Assembly: GCA_964537715.1 (NCBI GenBank)
Contig: CAZIAH010000004.1
Coordinates: forward strand, 7,587 to 71,586
Reading direction: 5' to 3'
DNA: 64,000 nt
Origin: an uncultured bacterium
Lineage (GTDB): Bacteria; Zhuqueibacterota; QNDG01; DSAB01
Position numbers and translations under genes: made by a program. Shown here in pieces: positions 26,857 to 35,682 of the stretch. Position 1 is the first letter of the stretch, and every line of letters starts with the position of its first letter. The notes under the pieces are model-generated. The model ran no database searches and was not told the DNA's origin. It saw only the letters and a program-made list of their open reading frames with translations.

Positions 26857-27849
26857 TTAATCACGAACAAGACGGACAGAAAAGCCAAAATATTTTGTGT
26901 AATAGTTACGACCCAATGTTGCACTTTCGGAAGATAATACTCTATACCAAGCTTCTTCATTCAGGTACTCAGTAGATGACCAGAAATTGGTACAGCTTCC
27001 TAAAAAGCTAAAGTACATAAAATAGCGACCTCCGCCAGGAAGTGCTGTGAATCCGCTTTCGTTTGTAGCCCCAAAGTTTGGCTGTTGCCAATGAATAAAT
27101 CCTGCTTCCTTTAATTTACCTCCTTCTTTAAACCCTCGTGATCCTATATAATCTAATTCTGTCGGACTTATACCCAAATATATTTCTAACTCTTTCCATT
27201 CATCATCATTTGGAACATGCCAGCCTTCAGGTGTTAATCCTCGTGAATCATCCACTGTATACCAGTTATACAAAAAACCGTAAGTGTCAGCATTGCTCTC
27301 TTCATTATTAAAAGCACAATAAGCACCGGTTGTTAGTCCAGACCATAAAGTGCTATCTATTACATTAGGTATTGGGTCACCATTTCGGTAATGTGTCACT
27401 TTGAGATTTTCGGCTGTCCACCATTGCTCACCGATTTTGATCGTTTTATATATATTGCCGTCTATGTCACTTACCGATCCTGTTTCAAATGATTTAATTT
27501 GAAAAGACCAAATTTCAGACCAAATACTCCAATTCCCCTGATTGTCTCCTGCACGTACACGCCAGTAATACACTCCGAGATTTAATGTACCTGTGGTACA
27601 TTCAGTACTTTGTACCAGTATAACACTAAATTCTGGATTGATAAAATCGTTTGAATCATCCACAACTACTTCATACTTATTAGCATCTTCAACATCAATC
27701 CAACGTAGCGTCGGCGTAATTATAGCTGTTACTTCCTCATTTGTCGGACGGTCCAATGTTGGTCGTTCTAGATTATTTTCAGGTTCTGTACTTTTTTTAA
27801 CACAACTGATAGAAATAGTCAGAAGAAGAAATATGTACCACTTTTTCAT
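26857..27849 (-). CDS. Fibrobacter succinogenes major paralogous domain (Fib_succ_major/TIGR02145-like) lipoprotein
   Basis: Lipoprotein signal MKKWYIFLLLTISISC, followed by 'GEQWWTAENLKVTHYRNGDPIP...WSGLTTGAYCAFNN...YGFLYNWY...PEGWHVPNDDEWKELE...GFTALPGGGRY...FWSS'. All of these are signature elements of that paralogous family. Confidence 0.8.
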   Translation of the reverse strand: MKKWYIFLLLTISISCVKKSTEPENNLERPTLDRPTNEEVTAIITPTLRWIDVEDANKYEVVVDDSNDFINPEFSVILVQSTECTTGTLNLGVYYWRVRAGDNQGNWSIWSEIWSFQIKSFETGSVSDIDGNIYKTIKIGEQWWTAENLKVTHYRNGDPIPNVIDSTLWSGLTTGAYCAFNNEESNADTYGFLYNWYTVDDSRGLTPEGWHVPNDDEWKELEIYLGISPTELDYIGSRGFKEGGKLKEAGFIHWQQPNFGATNESGFTALPGGGRYFMYFSFLGSCTNFWSSTEYLNEEAWYRVLSSESATLGRNYYTKYFGFSVRLVRD

Positions 27850-27886
27850 CGTAATTCCCTCCTATTACCTTATCAATGTTATCCTT

Positions 27887-27924
27887 GATCATTCCAAGGT
27901 TTTACCCTGGAACGGACTATAACG
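27887..27924. repeat. 35-bp direct repeat W2
   Basis: See W1. Confidence 0.75.
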
Positions 27925-28065
27925 GAGGATTGAACCTTCTTTTCGATCCCACAAAGGTCAGATCGAAATCTTTGCGTCCCGGTGAAGAACCACAAGACGG
28001 TCTGAGAGTATTCTAATAAAAGAAAAAACATGGAAGGCGTATTCATTACCAAACCAAGATTAAGA

Positions 28066-28620
28066 TTACCCCGATTTTGGCAGGCCTACCCATCTTGGGG
28101 TTTTGGCCATGTATCTTCGATAGGCATCGCCAAATTTTGTGGTGGTCGCACGTTCTTCGATAACCACTGAGAAGCGTGATATGACAGTCAGAATCAGTGA
28201 AAGCAGCAGGAAAAGCCATGAAGCCGAAGCAATGCCGGCCCCGACCATTGGCAACAATGTGCCCAAAACCAACGGATGCCTTGAGTAACGATACATCCCT
28301 GTAGTAAACGGCTCGCCAGGTTTTGTGGCGGCAATACTGAAGAGAGCAACAAAAGAGATGATCAATCCTATTAAATAAACAACAAGCCCGATAAAGAACC
28401 ACACCGTTCCCAGTCTAAGTGGCAGAAAAACAGAGTATATGATCATGGTAAAAAATACGATCATCATGAAAGTACTGATTTTCTTGACTTCCCTGACAGG
28501 TGTTATTCTTTTGCCAACATCCCTGGGCATTCGTCCTGACAGCATCATTAACAGGAACAGCAAAACGGTTAAAATCCAGGCATTCCATACCCCAATCTTA
28601 AAAATCGGCATGAGTGACAT
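28066..28620 (-). CDS. isoprenylcysteine carboxyl methyltransferase (ICMT)/PEMT-family membrane methyltransferase
   Basis: Multi-TM protein. The 'PGEPFTTGMYRYSRHPLVLG' segment matches the ICMT/PEMT 'G.Y...RHP.Y' motif. Has the C-terminal 'EE..L...FG..Y..Y' segment. Confidence 0.75.
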   Translation of the reverse strand: MSLMPIFKIGVWNAWILTVLLFLLMMLSGRMPRDVGKRITPVREVKKISTFMMIVFFTMIIYSVFLPLRLGTVWFFIGLVVYLIGLIISFVALFSIAATKPGEPFTTGMYRYSRHPLVLGTLLPMVGAGIASASWLFLLLSLILTVISRFSVVIEERATTTKFGDAYRRYMAKTPRWVGLPKSG

Positions 28621-28640
28621 AATGATTCACCTTCTTTTGA

Positions 28641-28784
28641 GCTGCCGGAGGTGTTTCTCACCTTCGGCTATTATTCGACAAGGAAAAAACTCCCCGCCAC
28701 GCAGGAATATATTAATAAATTGGCACAAAAGCAACATCCGCCGAACAGTGGATGAGGAAATTTTATGGCAGGAACAATATGATG
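28641..28784. repeat. intergenic modular repeat, Z-module + Y-module (copy 2 of each)
   Basis: Z part (gtgtttctcaccttcggctattattcgacaaggaaaaaactccccgccacgcaggaata) matches 35452-35530. Y part matches 26723-26804. Confidence 0.75.
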
Positions 28785-28825
28785 GATAAAGTTTTATTCT
28801 TGGGTTTCATGATGTTCAACTCTAC

Positions 28826-31800
28826 CTACTGACTATATTCCATAACATGATTAAAATACTCTATAAACTCAACCTCATTCAATTTATAGTTAAATATTTT
28901 TGCAATCAGATTTTTATAGTCATTATAATTACTTTCTGGTAATAAGACTTTAAGATTATCTAAGTATTCTTCTATTTTGATTTTGAATTCATTCACCAAT
29001 TCAGATAACCATTCTTTATCAATTTCATTTCCAGAACTTAGCCACCTTCGACATTCAATCAATTTCCATAATTCTAAAAATAATTTCATTAAATTAGTAG
29101 TAAGAATATTCGGTTTCATCTCTTTTAATTCCACTCCTTCTAGTGTTTCTAACATTTCTGCAGTTAATTCAATTGGAAGTGGTTGTTCTTCATCATCAAT
29201 TTTAATATTTTCTCCATCTATGATTTTTTTCATCTTTACTAGAAGTGCGTTGTTAATCCTTATTGCTCTCTCACATTTTTTATCATCTTCAACGAAAACA
29301 ATAATGATGAAATTGACATTTATTTCCGATAAATCAACTAAGCTATATATAATTTTAGGAAATTCATCAGCTAAACGAGAAAATTCAACTCCCGATATTC
29401 CAATTACTATCTTCTTTAATATTCCTTCCTCAATTATTTTTTTTGGCATTAATGTTTTAAAGGATGTTTCTTTTTCAAATTTTTTTAGAACAATATATAT
29501 TTTATCAAGCCGTTTAGAGAGTAATTCTTGCCACCATTTTTCAACTACTGTTTTTGCATTAGTAGTAGCAATTGCACTTTCTTGATTATTTATATAATAT
29601 GAAATAGTTTTAAAAGCACGGTCATACCAAATTACTTCTTCATTTTCCATTTCGTCAGGATGAAAATATTTAAAAGTACTCTCAGAAATAAATCTGAATG
29701 CCTGCTGCATTTTATACAGGTTATTCTTAGTATTTAATAAATTTATTATTGCCAGATTTTGATCTTTATTATTTTGGGGTATTATTACATTACTAATTTG
29801 ATGAACAAAATTCCGTAGTGAATCAGCCCATTCATTTATTTTACCACAATTCTTCGCAAATTTCGTTTCCTCTACTTGCACATCATTCGAATTTGGTAAA
29901 TCTTTACATGTTATGAGAGCTTTCGATAAAACTAAAATGTTCTCATTTATAAATTTGCTAATAGATTTTATTCTGCTATGATTTTTTTCTATTAGAGCTT
30001 CAAAAAGTCTATTACAATCTTTTATAAATTCAAGGGATTTCTTTCTTATATAGATCCACTGTTTCTGCCAATCATAAACTGATGATGATTCATACCTTGA
30101 CATTAAAACTTTAACCCAGATGCTATTTATCTGAGCGTGGAATAGTGGATCTATGTTTTGTTGTGGCATTCGCTTAATTGAAGTATTAAGAACATTTGAA
30201 AATAATTCTTTGCCAGGAAAAGGAGGGATTATAGCTTCAGTACAATATAATTTATAAAATGGTAAAAAAGCATAAATAGCGAATATTCTATTTACACTTT
30301 CATCATTTGCTTTTTCAATATTCTCATATAATAAATAGTTGATTTTGATATTATTATGATCTTCTTCAATATTCAGTGTATTGGTTTTACGTTTTAGCCA
30401 ACTAATAATTTCATCTTTATGTTTTTTCACTATCTTATAATACTCTTTTGGTTGATTGGAATGATATGCATATGCCAGTTTGCATGAATCTTTAATTTCT
30501 GAAAATTTTAAAGAATTTAGAATAATTCTTCTGGATATCTTATTAATTAAGGGGCAATGTAATTGAAATTTATCAAACCATTGGATTAAATGCCCCAAAC
30601 CTTCGCACTCAATATTAATTTCTTTCTTTTCTAACTGTGTCTGTAATGATCTTAAAAAAATAAAAATATCATAATCTTTTGGGTTATAACTTTGTATCTC
30701 ATTTAATTTCTGCAAAAGATATTTTGGATTCTGACTTTCAGGTACAATCCCAACTAACTTCTTTATAGTATTTAATTTTATCCAAGGACAGCTGTCAGAG
30801 GCGACTAATAACAGACCTCCATGTTCAAATACATCATCATATATTTCTCTATTACTTTCCCAATGTTTTATAACAGTACAAGAAAAAATACCTTCAATTG
30901 ATTTTACAAGTTCAAAATAAGATTTCTGAGCAAGAAAAATAGCAATATTCTCGTAAAAATACGTTTTCCCTGTATCTGTAATTAGTAATGGTGCTTTAAA
31001 ACAAAAATCATAAATATATTCTTTTTCAATCAATGGTAGCAAATTGATCAAAGAGTTTGCTACTGGAATATTTGAATGAAGAAGATCAGACAAATGAGAC
31101 GAGCGTACCGGGTGTAATCCTTCCACATAGACTTTATCCAATTTAATATAATATTCATTTTCCAAACTCTTTATAACTTCATTTCTATCAGAAATAACCC
31201 CAATATTTTTTTGAATGGTTTCAATTAAATTTTGACTAGATAATTTAATATTACATATATCCGCGAGGGTAACCATTCTTAAAATTTCAATTTTTGCCGC
31301 CCCATCTTCTTCCTCATTAAGATTTTTAATTTGTTTTGTGAGTCTTTCTTTGAGCATTTCGCCAAAGGTTAAAAGATAAATGAACTCAATTAATAATCCT
31401 TTCTCTTTTACTTTTTCCCAAGCAGATTGCCAATTATCAATCGATCTATGCAATTTCCTATTTTGCCTAAATTGGGTAAAAATGTCCTGAGCTTCCTTAC
31501 ATGACATATGGATATTTAGGCAACCTAAGCTAAGCCGAGATGCATCTCCACCATATCTGTACCAATCTTCTTCTCTAGAAGTAATCATAAACTTCACGGG
31601 TAGATTATAACATCTTTCGGCTAATATTGACCATTTAGAAACTGCTTGTGTTAAACCATCTACGACAATTATAGGACTTTCGCCTATATTTATTTTAGCA
31701 ACTATAAATGAAATAATAGCCCCAAGCTTATCTTCATCAGAACACCAATTCAATTCATATAAACTATATCCTGTTTCTAACAATTTTTTACCTACTTGCC

Positions 31801-32815
31801 AAACCAAAGTTGATTTACCTTGTCCACTTGAGGATTTTATAACAGTAATATCAAAATCTTTAAAATAATTTTCTATTTTTTCTTCCCAATTTATACGTTT
31901 TACTGGTAAACCTTTTGCGATATGAATTGGTCGTGCTGATTTCCCCTCGTAATAATCTTTTACATCTATAGTTACATCTTTATTGAATGATACTCTAGAA
32001 ATCCATTTATTTTGAATTGCAGGATTTATCACACCTTTTGCAATATCTTCCCGGACAGTCTCAATAACTGAATTTAAATCATCGAATCTAATCGTTTCAC
32101 GATCTCTTGACCATTTAAATATTGAATAAAATAATGCTCTTAAATATTGATGTTCATTTTCTACATTTAGCTGTAAATTTTCTATAAGATGTTTAATACA
32201 TTTATTCTCAATATCAGGTTCTGAGAGTTTCTCAAATTTTATAGCTGACAAAAATTTTTCTAAATCAAAATCATTCCAATTCCAAATTCTTGCTTTATCA
32301 GAAACTTTGAAATCTTCAATTTTTCTATGCCAATATTTTAAACTTTTTTCAGATATATCATATGTAGAAAGATCATGTAAATAGCCATCGGTAATATCCA
32401 TATTATGAACAAAGCGGAACTTTACATTGGTAATTTGTAAATAAACTTCAAGGAAATTTTGAAGAATCCCTTTACTCCAGAAAGTAAAAGAATCTAATTT
32501 ATTTTCTGAATATTTGACTTGTATAAACTCATATTCCTTAGAAGCATTTAGATGAATTTTGATTAAATCTATGTCTTCAATTCCTTCTAGACGAATTTTT
32601 CTTTCTTTTTTTGTAACATCCAGAAAATCTAGAGTTTTCCACATTGCATAGTTTAATTGAAATCCAATTCCTTTTAAATTTACAGATCCTCCAGTTCTCC
32701 TTTTTAGAAGCACTTCCACAGGATACAAATTTTGTTGATTATCATCCATATTCTTTTGAATATTTGAACTTGAAATCAACGATTTCTTTGATTCTTTTTT
32801 CTTTCTTTTCGACAT
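28826..32815 (-). CDS. large STAND-class P-loop NTPase (NB-ARC/NACHT-like) with N-terminal PD-(D/E)xK-like putative nuclease effector and ~900-aa alpha-helical C-terminal region; candidate antiphage defence protein (Avs/AVAST-like architecture)
   Basis: 1329 aa, very AT-rich (Lys/Asn/Ile/Glu-rich). Walker A 'SSSGQGKST', Walker B 'PIIVVDGL', 'VKFMITSRE' (hhhhTSR sensor motif), 'LSLGCLNIHMSCKEAQDIF' (RNBS-C-like L..L...EA..hF). N-terminal 'GIGFQLNYAMW...IRLEGIEDIDLI...EFIQVKYSE' resembles a D...(E/Q)xK restriction-endonuclease-like core. The C-terminus is long and helical with no catalytic motif. Confidence 0.6.
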   Translation of the reverse strand: MSKRKKKESKKSLISSSNIQKNMDDNQQNLYPVEVLLKRRTGGSVNLKGIGFQLNYAMWKTLDFLDVTKKERKIRLEGIEDIDLIKIHLNASKEYEFIQVKYSENKLDSFTFWSKGILQNFLEVYLQITNVKFRFVHNMDITDGYLHDLSTYDISEKSLKYWHRKIEDFKVSDKARIWNWNDFDLEKFLSAIKFEKLSEPDIENKCIKHLIENLQLNVENEHQYLRALFYSIFKWSRDRETIRFDDLNSVIETVREDIAKGVINPAIQNKWISRVSFNKDVTIDVKDYYEGKSARPIHIAKGLPVKRINWEEKIENYFKDFDITVIKSSSGQGKSTLVWQVGKKLLETGYSLYELNWCSDEDKLGAIISFIVAKINIGESPIIVVDGLTQAVSKWSILAERCYNLPVKFMITSREEDWYRYGGDASRLSLGCLNIHMSCKEAQDIFTQFRQNRKLHRSIDNWQSAWEKVKEKGLLIEFIYLLTFGEMLKERLTKQIKNLNEEEDGAAKIEILRMVTLADICNIKLSSQNLIETIQKNIGVISDRNEVIKSLENEYYIKLDKVYVEGLHPVRSSHLSDLLHSNIPVANSLINLLPLIEKEYIYDFCFKAPLLITDTGKTYFYENIAIFLAQKSYFELVKSIEGIFSCTVIKHWESNREIYDDVFEHGGLLLVASDSCPWIKLNTIKKLVGIVPESQNPKYLLQKLNEIQSYNPKDYDIFIFLRSLQTQLEKKEINIECEGLGHLIQWFDKFQLHCPLINKISRRIILNSLKFSEIKDSCKLAYAYHSNQPKEYYKIVKKHKDEIISWLKRKTNTLNIEEDHNNIKINYLLYENIEKANDESVNRIFAIYAFLPFYKLYCTEAIIPPFPGKELFSNVLNTSIKRMPQQNIDPLFHAQINSIWVKVLMSRYESSSVYDWQKQWIYIRKKSLEFIKDCNRLFEALIEKNHSRIKSISKFINENILVLSKALITCKDLPNSNDVQVEETKFAKNCGKINEWADSLRNFVHQISNVIIPQNNKDQNLAIINLLNTKNNLYKMQQAFRFISESTFKYFHPDEMENEEVIWYDRAFKTISYYINNQESAIATTNAKTVVEKWWQELLSKRLDKIYIVLKKFEKETSFKTLMPKKIIEEGILKKIVIGISGVEFSRLADEFPKIIYSLVDLSEINVNFIIIVFVEDDKKCERAIRINNALLVKMKKIIDGENIKIDDEEQPLPIELTAEMLETLEGVELKEMKPNILTTNLMKLFLELWKLIECRRWLSSGNEIDKEWLSELVNEFKIKIEEYLDNLKVLLPESNYNDYKNLIAKIFNYKLNEVEFIEYFNHVMEYSQ

Positions 32816-33017
32816 TATGAAAAATATCCGTCTCTTTCAGAAATAAAATTCCTAAAAGAAAGTAATTTGTTGGTATCAGAAAGGAGTAAGGACAACGGTG
32901 TAGCAGAAATATAAAGTAAAGATAAATCTAATTCAAGTGAAAAACTGTTGTTCGACTGCTTTGATTTCGTCAAAGTTCTGCCTTGGTGCGATCAAAATAC
33001 GATTCTTACCACTTACA

Positions 33018-33237
33018 AAATTATTTTTCACTCTTACAAAACGATTTTTCCCTCTTGCAGAATGATTTTTACCCCATGACGAACGATTTTACCCTGATGA
33101 AAAATGATTTTACCCCCATGAAAAATGATTTCACCCTGATGATATATGATTTCACCCTGATGATATATGATTTCACCCCGATGAAAACTCATTTTACCCT
33201 GATGACGAATGATTTCTTTCCGACGCGGAACGATTGA
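33018..33237. repeat. tandem array of ~10 imperfect 21-bp direct repeats (consensus ~ RAATGATTTYACCCYGATGAW)
   Basis: Read directly. Units are contiguous with no spacers. Lies ~175-420 bp upstream of the start of the STAND NTPase gene and just downstream of the oxidoreductase gene. It artefactually creates an 84-aa repetitive ORF. Confidence 0.85.
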
Positions 33238-33283
33238 TAAGCGAAATAATGGGCCAAAATCCTGAATCCGGGCGTTTCTGCGC

Positions 33284-34786
33284 TCATAGTATGGAAGTCA
33301 AAAAAGGCTGACCGCTCTGTTTGCACAGCAACTGGATAAGCTGCCGGCCGGAAAGTGCCGCCATCACCGTACCGGAAAACGGAACGGTCCACTGACCGAC
33401 CATATAGAAATCTGACAGCCCCGGCAAGCTCCGCAGCGAGGTTTGCTTCATCATATTCTCAGGCGTGACATACCAGCCATCCGGCGAACCCTGCCAGTTT
33501 CCGGTGTAGCGAACATAGGTCGCGGGCGTCGGCACATCCACTACCTCGATTTGAGACGCAAAGCCGGGCCAGCGCTTGTCCAGTTCGGCAATGGTGAAAT
33601 CGGCGATGCGCTTTTTTTCTTCCTCATATCTGTTGCGGTCTTTCGCCAATTCTTCCCAGTAATCGTAGCGGGTCGGATACCACACCTCGACCGCGGATTT
33701 GCCCGGAGGGGCCATGTTCGGATCAAAACAGTGATGAATCACAGACAACCACGGGTGTTCCTCGCCGGCGATGGTAATCGGATCTTTCAATCGGAAAATG
33801 GTGCTGTGCGGTTCTTGCGACAGATCTTTGTTGACGCCTATTGCCACATGAACGAGCGGCTTCACCGGAATCCAATTGTCGTACATGGTGCGTATTTCAT
33901 CGTTGAGGTAACGTCCGCCGAGAATGTCAAAGATCACCGTATGACCGTCGCCCGCCCAGACAACGGTATCGGCCCGATGTTCGGTTCCGTCTTCCAAACG
34001 GATACCGACAGCCTGGTCGTTTTCGATGATTACATCCTTGACCCGGCTTTTGTAACGAATCTCGCCGCCTAATTTCTGATAATAATCGGCCATGCGGAAA
34101 ATCACTTTTTGTGATCCGCCGAGAGGCACGCCGGCTTCAAGCACAGCCGACTTTGCGAACCCGGACAGAGCAACCATGGGGAATTGCAGCATGGGCCAGC
34201 CCGGCGAGTCGATGACGAACCTAACGGCTTCGCGCAAAAAAGGATCTTGAAAGCGCTGGGCGAATTCCTGGATCGTCTGCTTCCCATACTTGCGGAACGT
34301 GCCCAAAAGCGGCAATATCGCACCCATCATTTTCAGCTTGTCGAAAAGACTGGCCATCTCCGCTGGTTTGAGCGACATCCCGCCCATCATGTTCCTGCCT
34401 GTGAACAGGCGGACGAACTCTTTTGTAAGTTTGGCATCGGACGGAGACAGAGCGAGCATCTGCTCTTCCAAACGGCGGGGATCGGTACAAATGTGCAGGA
34501 TCTTTTCGCCGCTCTCGACCCGCGTACCTTCTGTATGATAGTAAAACTGTTGATCCTTCAGAACACCGAGTTCCTGCCACATGGTTTGCAACGGCCCGCG
34601 TTTTGAACCCATAAGCATATGCATGCTGATATCGAAGGTGTATCCCTTTCGCTTCCAGGCGGTGCACAGACCACCCGGGATGCTGTGCATTTCAAAGAGA
34701 GTTGTGTTGTAACCATTCATGCGGGCATAGCAACCGGTTGAAAGTCCCGCGATGCCGCCACCGACAATGATCATACTTTTTCCCAT
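33284..34786 (-). CDS. FAD-dependent oxidoreductase, phytoene desaturase (CrtI)/amine-oxidase family
   Basis: N-terminal dinucleotide-binding 'MIIVGGGIAGLSTGCYARMNGYNTTLFEMHSIPGG' (GxGxxG ... E). 500 aa with family-typical C-terminal FAD-binding 'YMVGQWTVPFSGTVMAALSGRQ'. Confidence 0.8.
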   Translation of the reverse strand: MGKSMIIVGGGIAGLSTGCYARMNGYNTTLFEMHSIPGGLCTAWKRKGYTFDISMHMLMGSKRGPLQTMWQELGVLKDQQFYYHTEGTRVESGEKILHICTDPRRLEEQMLALSPSDAKLTKEFVRLFTGRNMMGGMSLKPAEMASLFDKLKMMGAILPLLGTFRKYGKQTIQEFAQRFQDPFLREAVRFVIDSPGWPMLQFPMVALSGFAKSAVLEAGVPLGGSQKVIFRMADYYQKLGGEIRYKSRVKDVIIENDQAVGIRLEDGTEHRADTVVWAGDGHTVIFDILGGRYLNDEIRTMYDNWIPVKPLVHVAIGVNKDLSQEPHSTIFRLKDPITIAGEEHPWLSVIHHCFDPNMAPPGKSAVEVWYPTRYDYWEELAKDRNRYEEEKKRIADFTIAELDKRWPGFASQIEVVDVPTPATYVRYTGNWQGSPDGWYVTPENMMKQTSLRSLPGLSDFYMVGQWTVPFSGTVMAALSGRQLIQLLCKQSGQPFLTSIL

Positions 34787-34864
34787 ATTCTCTTTCCTTT
34801 TCCTGATAATTTATATGCGACGGAGAAACTTTATTCTACGTTCAACCCAACCCGCTACCCGCTA

Positions 34865-35131
34865 CTACACGTAATGAGTCCACATACGAATCACTTTAAT
34901 CGTTTTCTTTTCTTGAATGATTTGATAGATAATACGGTGCTGTATATTAATTCGGCGTGAATATGCACCTGTGAGATCACCGACAAGTTTCTCGTAGGGA
35001 GGAGGTGCTTGATAAGGATCTTCCTTTAATAATTCCAGGATTGCAAGTGGTTTTTCCCTTAATCCTGAATTGCTTAACTTTTTTGCGTCCTTTTGTGCCT
35101 GTTTTGTATATACGATTTTCCATTTCACCAA
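34865..35131 (-). CDS. yoeB: type II toxin YoeB/Txe (RelE superfamily)
   Basis: 88 aa. 'YSRRINIQHRIIYQI...IKVIRMWTHY' matches the YoeB C-terminal catalytic region. Overlaps the upstream antitoxin gene. Confidence 0.8.
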   Translation of the reverse strand: MVKWKIVYTKQAQKDAKKLSNSGLREKPLAILELLKEDPYQAPPPYEKLVGDLTGAYSRRINIQHRIIYQIIQEKKTIKVIRMWTHYV

Positions 35132-35382
35132 TCAAGCTCCTCGGAACATTCTTCAATGGGCGTTTTAAGACCCTCTTGAATGGATTCACGCATACCGGGA
35201 ATAGAGAGAAGAAAAAGCGTCTCCTGGATTGCAGACCAATCCTCTTCTGAAACTAAAACCACATTCGACCTTTTACCGGTAATTTGAATGGGTTCATGAC
35301 TTGTTGAAGCTTCGTCTATGAGTTTATATAATTGTGATCGAGCATTGGTTACAGTTATCGTTTTCATTGTTTTGCCTTTCAT
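35125..35382 (-). CDS. yefM: type II antitoxin YefM/Phd family
   Basis: 85 aa. 'ITVTNARSQLYKLIDEA...EPIQITGKRSNVVLVSEEDWSAIQETLFLLS' is the classic Phd/YefM fold sequence. Confidence 0.8.
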   Translation of the reverse strand: MKGKTMKTITVTNARSQLYKLIDEASTSHEPIQITGKRSNVVLVSEEDWSAIQETLFLLSIPGMRESIQEGLKTPIEECSEELDW

Positions 35383-35451
35383 ACATGAAACGTACGGAAT
35401 AAGGTACGTAACGATTATGCAAATGTCAATATCATTTAAGAATATTTTTTA

Positions 35452-35530
35452 AGCTGGTGGTGTTCCTCACCTTCAGCTATTATTCGGCGAGGAGAAGAAC
35501 TCCTCACCGAGCAGGAATACGTAATAAACA
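35452..35530. repeat. intergenic modular repeat, Z-module copy 3
   Basis: 'ggtggtgttcctcaccttcagctattattcggcgaggagaagaactcctcaccgagcaggaatacgtaataaa' matches 28641-28715. Lies 70 bp upstream of the yefM start. Confidence 0.75.
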
Positions 35531-35682
35531 AAAGCCTGCCGGATTGAATCCAGCAGGCTTGGCTTGAAATTAAGATGAAATTTAGGATCTATTTTAAAAG
35601 AGGAGTTAATCCGATTAGTCTTCGATCACTCGAATATTTCCCACATCTCCCAGTACCCGACCCACTCTGGAAAGAGTGGGAA

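Noticed and set aside
32983-33237. 84-aa ORF encoding a repetitive peptide (NDFTLMK)n
   Set aside because: It is simply the translation of the 21-bp tandem DNA repeat array. There is no RBS or start context, and the composition is entirely dictated by the repeat. It is more plausibly a non-coding iteron or VNTR, although a repeat peptide cannot be fully excluded.
33018-33237. Possible CRISPR array
   Set aside because: Repeats are directly contiguous with no unique spacers. The unit length (21 bp) and the absence of cas genes are also inconsistent with a CRISPR array.
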